From: the human T2T-CHM13v2.0 reference genome, Homo sapiens
NCBI RefSeq assembly: GCF_009914755.1
Contig: NC_060930.1
Direction: 5' to 3' (one strand)
DNA: 64,000 nucleotides
Positions 17,460 to 30,010 of the stretch are shown here, piece by piece. Position numbers and translations under genes: made by a program. Numbering within the stretch: position 1 is the first letter of the stretch; every line of letters begins with the position of its first letter. Under the pieces are notes generated by a model. The model was not told where the DNA came from and searched no databases. It saw only the letters and a program-made list of their open reading frames with translations.

Positions 17460-17647
17460 GTCTAACTGCCACTAATTGTATGACCTTTGGAAAGACCCTT
17501 AAATTATCAGGACCACTGCTTTCACATATGAGAAATGGGGATAATAATAAAAATTATTACAGTGCTGTTTTGAGCATTAAATGAGTTAATGTTTGAAAGC
17601 ACTTATAAGTGTTTGACACACTATAAGCACTGTAAAGGTGTTGGCTA
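17460..17647 (+). mobile_element. MIR
   Basis: 'gagaaatggggataataata...attaaatgagttaatg...aagcactta'. Confidence 0.7.
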
Positions 17648-17899
17648 AAATGAGTTCTTTTAAATATTACCTTACAATTATCTTATTGGTATCAGTTAAC
17701 GTTTTTATAAGTAGATTAAAAAGTTTGTACAATTTATAATTAAATAAAAGAATAATTGTTAGTCCGTGGCTGGAATAAGTTAGGACTTTGACATTAAAAC
17801 CCCTTATAGTTGTGTAATTACTTGCCTGACAATACTGAGTAAGCATGTGGCTACTCAAATCCTTTATAAAAGAAATTCTCGTAATTTAGTGATATTACT

Positions 17900-18090
17900 T
17901 ATGATAGGTAGCATTCACTAGGAATTTAGTATGCTTCACAAGCTATTCCTAATACTAAAGTATTAATTCTAATTACCAGAATAATTCCATGGAATAGGTA
18001 CTACTATTATCACCATTTTAGAGATAAGAAAAATAAAGCACAGAGAAGTAGCTCCAAATTCATAGAGTAACTGGTAGAGATGAGACGGAA
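17900..18090 (-). mobile_element. MIR
   Basis: 'taggtactactattatcaccattttagagataagaaaaataaagcacagagaagt'. Confidence 0.65.
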
Positions 18091-19108
18091 GAATTTATCA
18101 TGTCCTAAGCACTTCCAATTTAGCCAGTTTTCCACTCTTTTCTTCTCCCAGCATCGTAAAATCTGACTGATAAGTATAAATAAGGAAGAAAAAATAACAT
18201 TTATTCTCTACAATATAGTCTCCTCACTACCTGATGCTAAATATGAAGGGACAGTTCTAATGAAAGTGATCAACAAGTTCTAGAAGGAACTAAAGCTTAG
18301 TTCCTTCCTCAACCTCAGTGAAAAGAACAAGGTTATTAGTGGCGATGTTTTTCCTAGGTGTGGGGGAGCTAAGCATTTTGAACACAGCAAAGATAAGGAA
18401 GTCGGTCTGTAATCTGCAAAAAGGTAAGACATTTATTAAAGCATTAATCTTACCTAGACTGGCTTGGATTTTCACAGTGATCTCTTGCTCATCATGCATT
18501 TTAACACCCCTTGCCACACAACCACTTCTAAATTCTTCCTCTAAAGGTAAAGAGCTGTATGTTCTGAGAGTAAGGAGGAAATTCCTAAAAAAGTATCTAG
18601 AATCTAGAAAATTATTCCCTAGGTTTATGCCTCATACATGATTGCAAACCATAGTGATGATGAGCATGTTTGTAGAACTGACTTTAATGGTCTTCTACAA
18701 CAATTCAGGCTACATCTGCCCAGAGAGTGTGTGTGGTCCACATGTTCTTTCAAATGGAGAGGACCTAATCATTAAGACATAGCTTTTTTTTTTTTTCTTA
18801 ACTTTCAGGAGTCAGATGTGGAGGATATAGAGAGAATTTTGACTTTTAGTCCATGTTGTTTTCCCTGACACATTTTCAATTACATTGGCAACTAAAAAAC
18901 AAGACCTTGGCAAGAACATCAGGGAGAAATGGTGATGAGATGAAAAGATGCTCAGATAGGCAGATTTTGATATATGACTGGTCAACAGACCTTGGGAGGC
19001 TCTCTCTACAATGAGAACAGAAGCATCCTTGTGCTAAAGGCTCATCTGCTTACAACGGTTGAGATAAAGAGGAATTTCTCGAGCTAGTGGAAGAAACAGG
19101 ATGAGAAG

Positions 19109-19614
19109 TGTGAAAGGAAATTAAATTTTGGGATTCAAAACTCATTTAGCCAAAGGGAAAAGTCAAGCTGTGAACTGGATCATGCAAACCTGCCTCCACC
19201 TTTCAGTTCCTAAATAAAATGGCTACAAGATGCAAAGCTACTCACCTTTCCCATATTTTGCCAACAAGGAAATTCCTGATGAGCTGTTAAAACTTCACCA
19301 TGGCAATGCTAATTGATAGCTTATCTTTATAGGTGCAGTCACTCAGCCTGCCAGACACAAATGCATATCAGATTGTTCCCCTACCCCATTTTATTTGTGT
19401 AATGTACAATGCAGATTTCCCACATTTTTCCTTTGCCCCTTTTAAGTGAAAACTGTGTGCTTCTCAATATCCTGCCCTTTCCCCTTTAAATTTGGAGCCC
19501 TCAAAATCATCTTAAGAGAAAGGCATAGACCTGACTCCTGGGCGTGTCCTTAACTTTGGCAAATAAATCTCCAAAAATGATTAAGACTTGTCTTGTCATT
19601 TTCTTCGATTCACA
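19109..19614 (+). mobile_element. Solo ERV1 LTR, MER4-group (MER4D/E-like)
   Basis: TG...CA termini (tgtgaaagg...ttcaca), exact 4-bp TSD GAAG, AATAAA at 19562, motif 'agccaaagggaaaagtcaagctg'. Confidence 0.88.
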
Positions 19615-19739
19615 GAAGGCAGGATATACAAGTAGAAAGCAGAAGGCAGGATGTACAAGACATCACTCTAAAACCTTTGAATCAACAAATGAATAGCAGA
19701 AAAGCAGATGCCTTGACATTGTCCTTTTAAATACACGGA

Positions 19740-19990
19740 CTCAACAAATATCATTGCCAGCTCCTAATATGTTAGGCCTTGCTGATACATTGGTTGACTA
19801 GAAAGAGTTTCCTGTCCCAATGGAGCTGATATTGCAGAAAAAAGTAAATTGTACAATTAATTACAAATGTGTTGAATGCTTTGAAGAAGTATAGATCATT
19901 TTGAGAGCCTCCATAATGGAAAATTTAACCTAGCTTAGTCAAACAACACAGAAAAAGGCATTTAATCTAAGGCTTCAAGCATGGGTAGAC
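19740..19990 (-). mobile_element. L2 fragment
   Basis: 'tcaacaaatatcattg...tatgttaggcc...cctgtcccaatggagct'. Confidence 0.5.
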
Positions 19991-20169
19991 TTCAGCTTTT
20001 CAATGTGGGCAAACCGATATAGAGAATTCAGGCAGTGACAAAAAAAAAAAAAGTAGCCTTAATGTCTCACTCACAAGGCTAAATTTATGGTTGAAAATGT
20101 TAATCTATCTTCTCTCATCCAGAACCAAATAAGGATTGAAAATGTATATTTTCAGAAGGATTATGTTAA

Positions 20170-20370
20170 TGAATATTTATTGCATGCTCTTCCTGTGCCA
20201 CCAAAACGCTAAACTCTTTATATTCAACACATTATTTAATCCAAGCAGTAGCCTATGTGGAATGTGCTATCATTCCTTCCATTTTACACATGAGGAAACT
20301 AAACATCAAAGCATTTACACTGTATATATATGATAAATCCAGGAATTCAAATAAAGGTCTCCCTAGCACA
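20170..20370 (-). mobile_element. MIR
   Basis: 'cattttacacatgaggaaactaaa'. Confidence 0.6.
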
Positions 20371-21475
20371 CATACCAAACTCCTTCCACAATGCTTTTCC
20401 ACATTTATTAGAAGAAAACAGGAACAAAAAAAGCAGTACTCAATAAAAGCTAAATAAGTTACCCTGGTGAAAAGGAATGCTGGGAGGAATGCTTTTGGCT
20501 ATTTATAATCATACCTACATCCTCAAAAATCCATTGCCAGAGTCTATTTCCCTGTTTAACAATTTGTGAGGATCCTTAGAGAATCAACAGCAGGAGGCAC
20601 CACTGTTCAGCCCATTAGATATGATCCAAGATTTGTCTCAGTGCCTGACTCTTCTGTTCTCTAGTAAGGGGGTCTATCAAAACCCAATGTACTTCATTTT
20701 TAGCAGAAAGGACACATTTCCCAGGGGAAATTGAAGGTGATCCTTCTCAAAGTACAAATCTAGCTGTTTTTTGAGGTGCGATATATCGATGTCTGGATGA
20801 CCATATTGTGCAAGACAATTCTCTTCAGGCCCAAAGTTCTTTTCATATTTACAATAAAGGAATGCTATACAGAAAAATTTTCACAAAGATCAAAACAATT
20901 CAAATAGATTATGCCACACAATTTCAGTGAAAAGAAAGCTTCAACATTTACCCAAAGCATCATCAGAAAACCACACTTGCTAGAAGACTTAATGTCTCTC
21001 ATATCACCCACAGAGACATGAGTGAGTGATCATTCCCAGAACGTGCTATTCAAAGAAAATCCATTCATCTTGTTACTAGTTGTCAACTTCATGTTTTAAA
21101 TCTCATTTCAATCACACAAGAATAAGACATTTTCTACACCTCTTAGTCAATGAAAGAGAAATCAATACATGCTTTTTAAACCAAAAATTTATATCTTCAT
21201 TACTGAGAGAAGTCAAAAACAGAATTATCTTAACAGTAATAGTGGTATATAACACCTCTCCTTTTTATTTGTTTGTGATTCTTTTGTTTTCTTACATAGC
21301 ATATAAACAGCTTAGTTTATTTTTCCTTCTACTAAGTCTTCATAATCATCTCCCTTAGACTGAGTTCCAAACTCTTTGGAAACTACTGATGCGTTAATTG
21401 GCTTTTTAAATTATCTTAAAAATATAAACTTTATTAATTACCACATATGTTCTTTCTTTTAAATATTAATGACTT

Positions 21476-21817
<342 letters not shown>

Positions 21818-21946
21818 CTATGAATAAAATCAGATTTCACAAACTCTGTAAAGTGGGAGAATGAAAATCTAGTAGGTTTTACTTATCTGCCACAACTAAA
21901 AATTAGTATAGATTTGAGGAAATGTCATTTTGTTTTGAAGAGTGTG

Positions 21947-22379
21947 ATTTAAAAAAATATATATATATATAATATATATATATATAATCTTAATTTGCTT
22001 TGTCACTCATATAAAGGAAACCGTAGTTGAGTTGTAGACAATGAGGAAACACTTGAGGCTTCCGCTGTATGTTTCTTTGTTATTGTTATGTTGTTACCCA
22101 GTAACTTGAATATTGTTTAAAGTGTTGTAAGACATTGTAGAGTTTATCTCAAGCTGTTAAAAATGGTAATGTACAAATGTGAATAGACATCTATATAATA
22201 TGGGTAAGTTTTGTTTTGCCTATAATAGATGTTTATAAAACAAGTGAGGGAGCAGTTGGTATTTTTATTTCCTTTTCTTTCTTTCTTTTTATTGAAAAAT
22301 CAAGATTGTATAAACCAAAAGCTGCAAGATGCCAAAATCTTGTAGATGTCAAATAAAAAGTTATTTTACTAAAAAAAAA
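21947..22379 (+). pseudogene. Probable 5'-truncated processed retrocopy of an mRNA 3' UTR (parent not identified)
   Basis: Non-repeat, U/GU-rich sequence; AATAAA at 22352-22357, then 13 nt, then A9; candidate TSD AAGAGTGTG (21938-21946) / AAAAGTGTG (22376-22384). Confidence 0.6.
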
Positions 22380-23799
22380 GTGTGCGTTGGTAATCACTAC
22401 TATTAATAATTTTAAAAAGGATAAATAAGGTCATATAACCCTGTCTCTGGTTCAGCAATTTGGAAAAGTTGTAGTTAGAACAGGAGACTGTTCTAATAGA
22501 GAGAGTGAAGAGTACAATATGTAGTTCAGTTCTCTCATTTGGTAGGTGCAGACACAGAAGGAATGAAAGGCTGCATTTACACGATTAGCTAGATCTGTAC
22601 AAACATTTAGTACTTTAACTTTTCTCAAAGCCTTTTATGTATTATCCTATGGGTAATGTTATCCCAAATGTATGGATAAAATTAAAACAAGAACACTAAA
22701 TGACTTCACAAAGACCTGAAAGGCAGATCAACGGCATAACTAATATTAAAACTCAGGACTAGTGCTCTGAACATCAAACCTCCTGGATGAGGTCTTCCAC
22801 GGCACATCTCTCATTTGTTGAACAGTTTTTAAAATACTGTGTGCTGGGCTTTAGGTTGAGAGATAGGACACGTGATTTATCCCTTCAGGGTGTTTGCATC
22901 ATAAAGAGGCCTGTGATCTTCAATTAATCATGTGGCCAAAGTTATTTCTAGGGGTCAGGGAGTCATTGACAATTCATTATGCCAAATGTGCCAAAATGCC
23001 GAAAAAAAAAAACCCAAAACCAATAATGTAAGTCTCCTGAATATAAAATTTTCAAAAACTGAATTAGAAACATTTTTTTTTTACTCTAGCAAGAGCAATT
23101 CAATAAAAGCAGACATATAAAGGATAATTTTTTAAATCTGTGACCAAAATTGAATATGAGATTGATTCATCTACAAAGTGTCTTACTTTTCTGTAGTACA
23201 ATAAAATAAATTATACTGTCCTAGACAGGCAAACTTCAATATAAGGGAGATTTAATGTCGTCTGTCCTATCATAGTGAAATTTGACTCCACTATTAGTTT
23301 CTGAATACTTTCATGATTTCCCTCCTGCTAGTTTACCATGAGACATCATCTCAGACTTCTACACAGCTCATTTGCACCCATCACAATATATAAATAAACA
23401 GGAGTGTGCCTTTTCTCTGCCGTATTTCCACTCAACTAATTCCTGTATCTTTCAGCTCCACCAGTTCTTTGTATACTTGCAAATAATGGCTGAAAATATT
23501 TATATTTTTTCTTGACTTCATATTTCTTCTACACACTATTAGTTTTCTTACTCTGTAATTTAAGTGACAGATTTGGAGTGGGACAAATCTGTATGAAAAC
23601 TTATAAATTAAATTTCCCATTTAATGAGAAGATTTTAAGTAGAGGTTAATTGGTAAATTACTTTCTCCCTTTTCCCCCATGCTCTTTTCATATTCTGATT
23701 GCATTATATGTATGTATATTTCTAGTTATGTGTACAACTATACAAAATTTGGGAATATAAATTCATTTCATTAACACCTGTACCCTTTTTGCTCCTACT

Positions 23800-24540
23800 C
23801 AACTCTTTTTTGCACGCAATTCAGCAAAACTTTTGGAAATAGTTGTCCATATTCACTGGCTTCTCTTTCTCATTTTTTCACCTCTCACACAATCCTTTGG
23901 AATAAGGTTTTCATCTTCATAATTCCACAGAAACGGGGAACACTCATGTTGCCAAATTCAATAGCTACCTCTCTAACCTCTTCTTATTCCATCTCTTAGC
24001 ACACAACACAGTTGACCAGTTGCTCATGCCCTGTTTCTTTAAAAACTCCTTTTTCTTGGCTTTTTTGAACCACACTTGTCTGTGACAGCCACCACTCCTT
24101 GACAGCTGTGCTGTCTCCATTTGACCTCTAAATGTTAGGACTGATTTGTGTTAATAGAATTATAGGTTACGGAGATGGAGCCCTCACAAATTGGATTAGT
24201 GTCCTTATAAGGGCCAAGGAAACCAGAGCTCTTCCCCTCAACTATGTGAGGACAGAGTGAGAAGGTTCCTTCTGAGTCATATAGTGGGTGTTCACCAGAT
24301 ACCAGTTTTGCTGGTGACTTGATCTTGGACTTCTTAGTACCCAGAACTGTGGGAAAAAAAATTTGGCTGTTTATAAACTACTCCACTTATGCTATTTTGT
24401 TATAATTGCTCAGAGTAAGAAATGAAGATATTTCATCTTACTTATCTTATTATTGCTATTTCTCCAGCTTTGGACACAATACTTAGCACTTTGTGGAAAC
24501 TCAGTATATTTTTTAAATGAATAAATACATAAATGAATTC
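23800..24540 (+). mobile_element. L2 fragment interrupted by a MaLR LTR
   Basis: 'catgttgccaaattcaat', 'cacagttgacca', 3' end 'aaatgaataaatacataaatgaat'. Confidence 0.65.
24150..24420 (+). mobile_element. MLT1A/MST-type LTR fragment
   Basis: 'ggattagtgtccttataag', 'atgtgaggacag', 'ttgatcttggacttc...ccagaactgtg'. Confidence 0.8.
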
Positions 24541-25583
24541 ACCAAATAGGTAGTTAAAGAACCATAAAAATCATCATATCCTTGTTTTCGAAGTGAATTA
24601 GAACCAGCTGAGTTGCACAGAATTGTAAATCAGAACATCTTGCTGATCTTTATCTCTGCATACAGACCTGATTTTCATAGAACTCACTGTCTGAATTACA
24701 TGTGACAACAGATACAAGGATGTAGATTTCACTTTATTTTGCAAACATGAATTTCATCATCTACATAGTGGATAGTTGATTCTCCAGTGAAGTCAGATTT
24801 CTGAAGTGTTAATTTAATATTGTGTTATTATGCTTTAAAAAAAAAAACATAGCACACATCTTCTAGTAAAATGGCACATATCTTTTTGCAATAGTCAGGA
24901 ACTACAGACATGAGCTAAATCATGTATTTGAAAGGTAGTCCCAGAGTGGCTAAGTCAGAATAAGGTATATCTTTCTTTCTAAAGTACTGCTTTGATTATA
25001 TTATTTTCTGCTCCTCAATCCACAGTAGCACCTATTAGCAGTTCTGCCTTTGGCAATTGACATATGTTATCTCCTGCTGCTATTTATCAATTTACTGTCA
25101 GTTATGTTCTCTCTCTCCAATTGGACTGTAGGTTTTTGGCAAGATGCAATCTGGAAGTAAGCTCTATCAAAAGTAGTTATTGAATAGATATTTGTAAAAG
25201 ATTACGATGAAAACATTTCTAACTCTCCAAATCTAACTCCACCTTATCTTTAGTCTTAAACACAACGTGAAAATTAAACTAAAAACATTGAACAAATTAA
25301 TCTTGACACTGTAATATATTGCAATGGCTAAAATAATTTTGAATCCTAAATATTAATTTTGTTATACATCTTTTTTATATATATTTCCCTGTATGGAACA
25401 TGTTATGAATAAATACTTGATGTTCTTTACACAGTCTAGAGCTTGCTACATATTGTTGATCATCTCAGAAACAGCTTAATAAAATCAGCATTTGAAAATC
25501 CCAGTATCAGCACCTGTGACATTAATAATTCTGGTGAAACAGGTGCTTCCTGGGAATTTCAAACATTTGAAAATAAAGTGATA

Positions 25584-25900
<317 letters not shown>

Positions 25901-26169
25901 TTAGTTGTGTCACAGATAAAAATAGATTGTGCTTCACTGCACTCATTTTAAAACATAGTGACTGTCTTCAATGCTACTTTACAAGTGAGGACCAGATAAT
26001 TAACTGAAGTTTCTTTCTCAAGCCTGATTGCGTTGTTTCTTTTTCTTCACTACTCTTCTCCTTTACTGTCCCTTCACCATTTAGGAGGAGGATATGCTTT
26101 TCTACACATCTGTTCCTTAGGAGGATGGTTGATACAGCTACCAAAAAAATTTGTTTCATGTTTTAAAGT

Positions 26170-26462
26170 AATCATCATTCTCAGTAAACTATCCCAAGGA
26201 CAAAAAACCAAACACCGCATGTTCTCACTCATAGATGGGAATTGAACAGTGAGAACACATGGACACAGGAAGGGGAACATCACACTCTGGGGACTGTTGT
26301 GGGGTGGTGGGAGGGGGGAGGGATAGCATTAGGAGATATACCTAATGCTAAATGGCGAGTTAATGGGTGCAGCACACCAGCATGGCAGATGTATACATAT
26401 GTAACTAACCTGCACATTGTGCACATGTACCCTAAAACTTAAAGTATAATAATAATAAAAAA
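26170..26462 (+). mobile_element. Young L1PA (L1PA2-4-like), heavily 5'-truncated 3' end
   Basis: 'accgcatgttctcactcata', G-rich 3' UTR tract, 'cacatgtaccctaaaacttaaagtataataataataaaa'. Confidence 0.95.
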
Positions 26463-29398
26463 TATGCTTTGCAGAGTTAAAGCAAAGAAAAAGTCGTAAA
26501 AGACAAACTATATTTTGTCTATGAGAGCCAGCTTGTTAAGACAGAAAAGTTGTTTCTTTTTTACATTTCTAAAACTTGGTTTTAAATGTGAAGAGACAAA
26601 TACTAAAAGCAACAGAACTTAAGGTTTCTCTGTAAACAAATGTGTTTGTTTCAGTCATACCAGATATTATGACAAACAAATGCTAAGTTTATGAGATTTA
26701 AAACCATGAAAGTATATTTTTGAATGCATTAAAATACCGTGAAGGTGTTAATGGTTCGTAACTGGGAGTGGCACAAAGGCCAGTTCTGCCTCCTGAAATC
26801 ATTGACAGACACTGAGCTGATGGAAGATTTGTTTTTTTAAATATATCTCTTTTAAGATAATCGTGGGTGTTAACAGGTAGCCAAGAATGTAAGAAGGAGA
26901 ATATTAAGGTTGTACATTTGCTTAACTGCCTTGGTCTAGGAAAAAAAAAATATCTTCCATGTACTTTTTAGCCTGAAGAAGTTACTTGACCCCAGTCAGA
27001 TAAAAAGAAAGCTGACAAATAACCATATCCCAGGAATAACTCTGTTTTCTACAAGAGGACTAAAACAGGAAGCCAAGGGAATGAGTCTGTGGTTATCATT
27101 TTCTAAAAAGTGGGCTCTGTCCCCTGTCAATTTCTGAAGTTGAAATTTTAGAGGTAGAGAGAAACAGAAACCAACACATAGGTATGGGACTCAGAGACCA
27201 GAGAGTGTTTGTGCTCAACTTGCTTTATGGAACTCAGAAGAGATATAATCTCATGGAGAATTCACTGCTCACACAGGCTAGCATCAGCAGAATTGTAATG
27301 GTGGCAAAACAGTATAGTCCGATATATAGATTGAAATAGGACCCATCCTCAGTCTATCAGAGGTCCTTAACGATGCAGGAGATCATCTGAAAATAGCTTG
27401 TCCTGTCCCATATTGATTCAAGATAGGCCAGAGAGACCTTTTAGTTGCAAAGGATAGACAGAGTAAATAGCAAGTACCTAATGACTGGAGAACAGGGTAG
27501 CAGCATAGACATGGATATCAAGCTTAAGTAGGGATAAGTGTTGACAACCTACGGTATGCTGGCATTGGTGGGGTGAGGTTTTCTTCTCCTTAGAAAAGAA
27601 TTCAGTTAAATAGAGGTATAGAAGAATAAATAGAAGTATTTAATGATATGGCTTAGCTTGGTGGTTTGAAATACATGCCTGCTACATCTGGATTCTGAAT
27701 ATTTCTGTATTTGTAACCATCTCAAAAACTCCAGGGTATTAATAAATTTGTCCATAAATACTTAACAATTGGAAAGGCATATGGCTTTAGATTTACCTTT
27801 TCATTTCAGGATTTTACTCATTAAATCAGTATTAGATGCTGCAGCATAATTAAGTTGAAGCTGACATTTGAGAACATTATTTGTTTTTCTCTTTCATGAC
27901 ATCTAAATACATTTGATATTTTTTCCCAATTGCCAATCAAGTATTCTTCCACTAGAATTTACTTTTACCTGATTTTAAAAGAACATTCCAATCATGGTTG
28001 GTAGCCATATGGACCTCTCACTCAACTACAATGTCAGTGGCTCTGGGAGCTATTTGTCTGTGTCTGAGTGATAAAATCTTTCTCAGTTCCCTTTGAGATA
28101 ATTTTCCTCTCATTTTCTACTGCCAAATGGACAATCTTTGGATTTCTCCCTGAAGTGGTCTTTATTCTCAAGTGACCTTCAAATGGTTTACCTCTGAGAT
28201 ATTCCCACAGCACACCCAAAGTGAAGATATAGCCCCTTCAAAGTTGGCAACAATACATCTAGAAGTTTTCTCATGGTGGTAAAATAGACAATAATTTCAT
28301 TTTTTCTAAATAGACTCACTCAAGTCAATATCCACACAGCTTCCCACACACAATAACCCATTCCTTTTGTATACCCTTGGTGCCTTAGTCTAGGTCTTTT
28401 TTCTGACCATAGCATCCTTCATTATCTTTTCAGATCTCACTTCTTTTAACATCAAGCCTTCTTATGTCCAGTGATAAGATTTATGTCTTTTTGTAAGAAT
28501 TTTATGTATTTATTAAAAACATCATTTAATTGACTTAATCAGTTTCATTGGGATTACTTTTAAATCTTTATTAAAGATCCTTCAGAGCAAGGGCCATTTT
28601 ATACATCTTTTTTGGTAATTTTTCTATATTGTTACCTAAGTTCACATTATCATAGAGATTAATCAGACCACACAAAACAGTGAAATTGATAGTGACTATA
28701 GAGTTAGCCTGAGTGTTCAGTACAGGATGACTGGCTCCTTTTGAATAATAAAGATGATCTCTAAAATAATAGCATATATCTCATTAATACAATTATGATA
28801 TCTTGAACTGTGCAGGACAAACAGTCCTATTTTTATTATATGAAATAGTCTTTGTAAGTATCTAATTACCTACTTCCCTTGATAACACTGAAAAAAGACC
28901 TTGAATCTTAAAAATTTCCACTTTAAAGTAAGTATAGTGCAAGGACAGATCAATGTAGTACTATGTTTTTATGCCCTCTCTGCAGCGAGTTTATATATAA
29001 CCTGAACTTTTCATAGCTCCCAAATCCAAAAAAAAATGCTTGCAACCATAATTTACTTTTTACATTTAAACTATCGACAATAACTTCATAGCACTGGTCC
29101 AGTTGCTCATTTCACTTGTGAAAGGGGTCAAATTTTCACCTAGAGTTTTATTGAATGCCACATTTTATAGTAACTGTTACTCAGGCTTATTGTTTCTCAC
29201 AGTTGTTTGTTTATTTTTGTGTGTGTGTTGTTTTCTCCTATGTTTATCATCACGGTTGCTTCCTGAGGAACTTTTGCTAGTCGTCGCTTCAAAGTAATAT
29301 CTCCTTTTCAAGAATGGGTAACTTGATAACAATGAAACAATCAAGGTATTGACTCAGAAAGACTTAACCAATGTAAACACACTTCTCTTTACTGATAT

Positions 29399-29767
29399 TG
29401 TCTTAGTTTGGGATGCTGTAACAATATACCATAGACTGGGTAGCTTAAGCAACAAACATTTATTTCTCACAGTTCTGGAGATTAGGAAATCCAAAATCAA
29501 GGTGCTGGAAGATCCAGTGTCTGGCTAGGGCTTTCTTCCTGGTTTATGATTGTCTGTCTTCTCAGGATAACATCACAATGCAGAGAGAGAAAGAGATCTA
29601 TTCTCTTTCTCTTTTTTTAAGGATGCTATTTCTATCATGGAGTCTTTGCCCCGATAGCCTCATCTAGCCCTAATTACCTACCAAAGGAGACACCTAATAC
29701 TATCCCATTTGGGGTTCGGGTATCAACATATGAATATTGGGTGGGCAGAAATATGGATTCTATAACA
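29399..29767 (-). mobile_element. MLT1A-type solo LTR
   Basis: 'tgtcttagtttggg...taccatagactgggtagctta...tttctcacagttctggag', end 'tataaca'; TSD GATAT/GAGAT. Confidence 0.85.
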
Positions 29768-29819
29768 GAGATGTACAGTCTTCAAAAATGATTAGAATCA
29801 AGATAGAGTTAGAAATAAT

Positions 29820-30010
29820 TTGGTTACAAATGTCAGAAACTCATAACAAACTTCATAGGTAAAAGGAGAATTTACTGGTTCACTAACTGTAGGAAGGAAA
29901 GAACTAAACTTCAGGTACACTGGAACCAAAGAATTTGAGGCAAACTAGGCTCAATCTTCAATTCTTAGCTCTACTTCCCTCTATATGTTGCCATTATTCT
30001 TTCTGACCAG
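29820..30010 (-). mobile_element. LTR33-like ERVL LTR fragment
   Basis: 'tggttacaaatgtcagaaactc...aatttactggttcactaactg...cttcaggtacactgga'. Confidence 0.45.

Noticed and set aside
20520-21130. Possible DNA-transposon or pseudogene remnant around the palindrome CGATATATCG
   Set aside because: No terminal inverted repeats, TSD or recognisable reading frame.
29200-29330. Possible minus-strand coding exon (GDITLKRRLAKVPQEATV...)
   Set aside because: No polypyrimidine acceptor or good donor, and the peptide is not recognisable.
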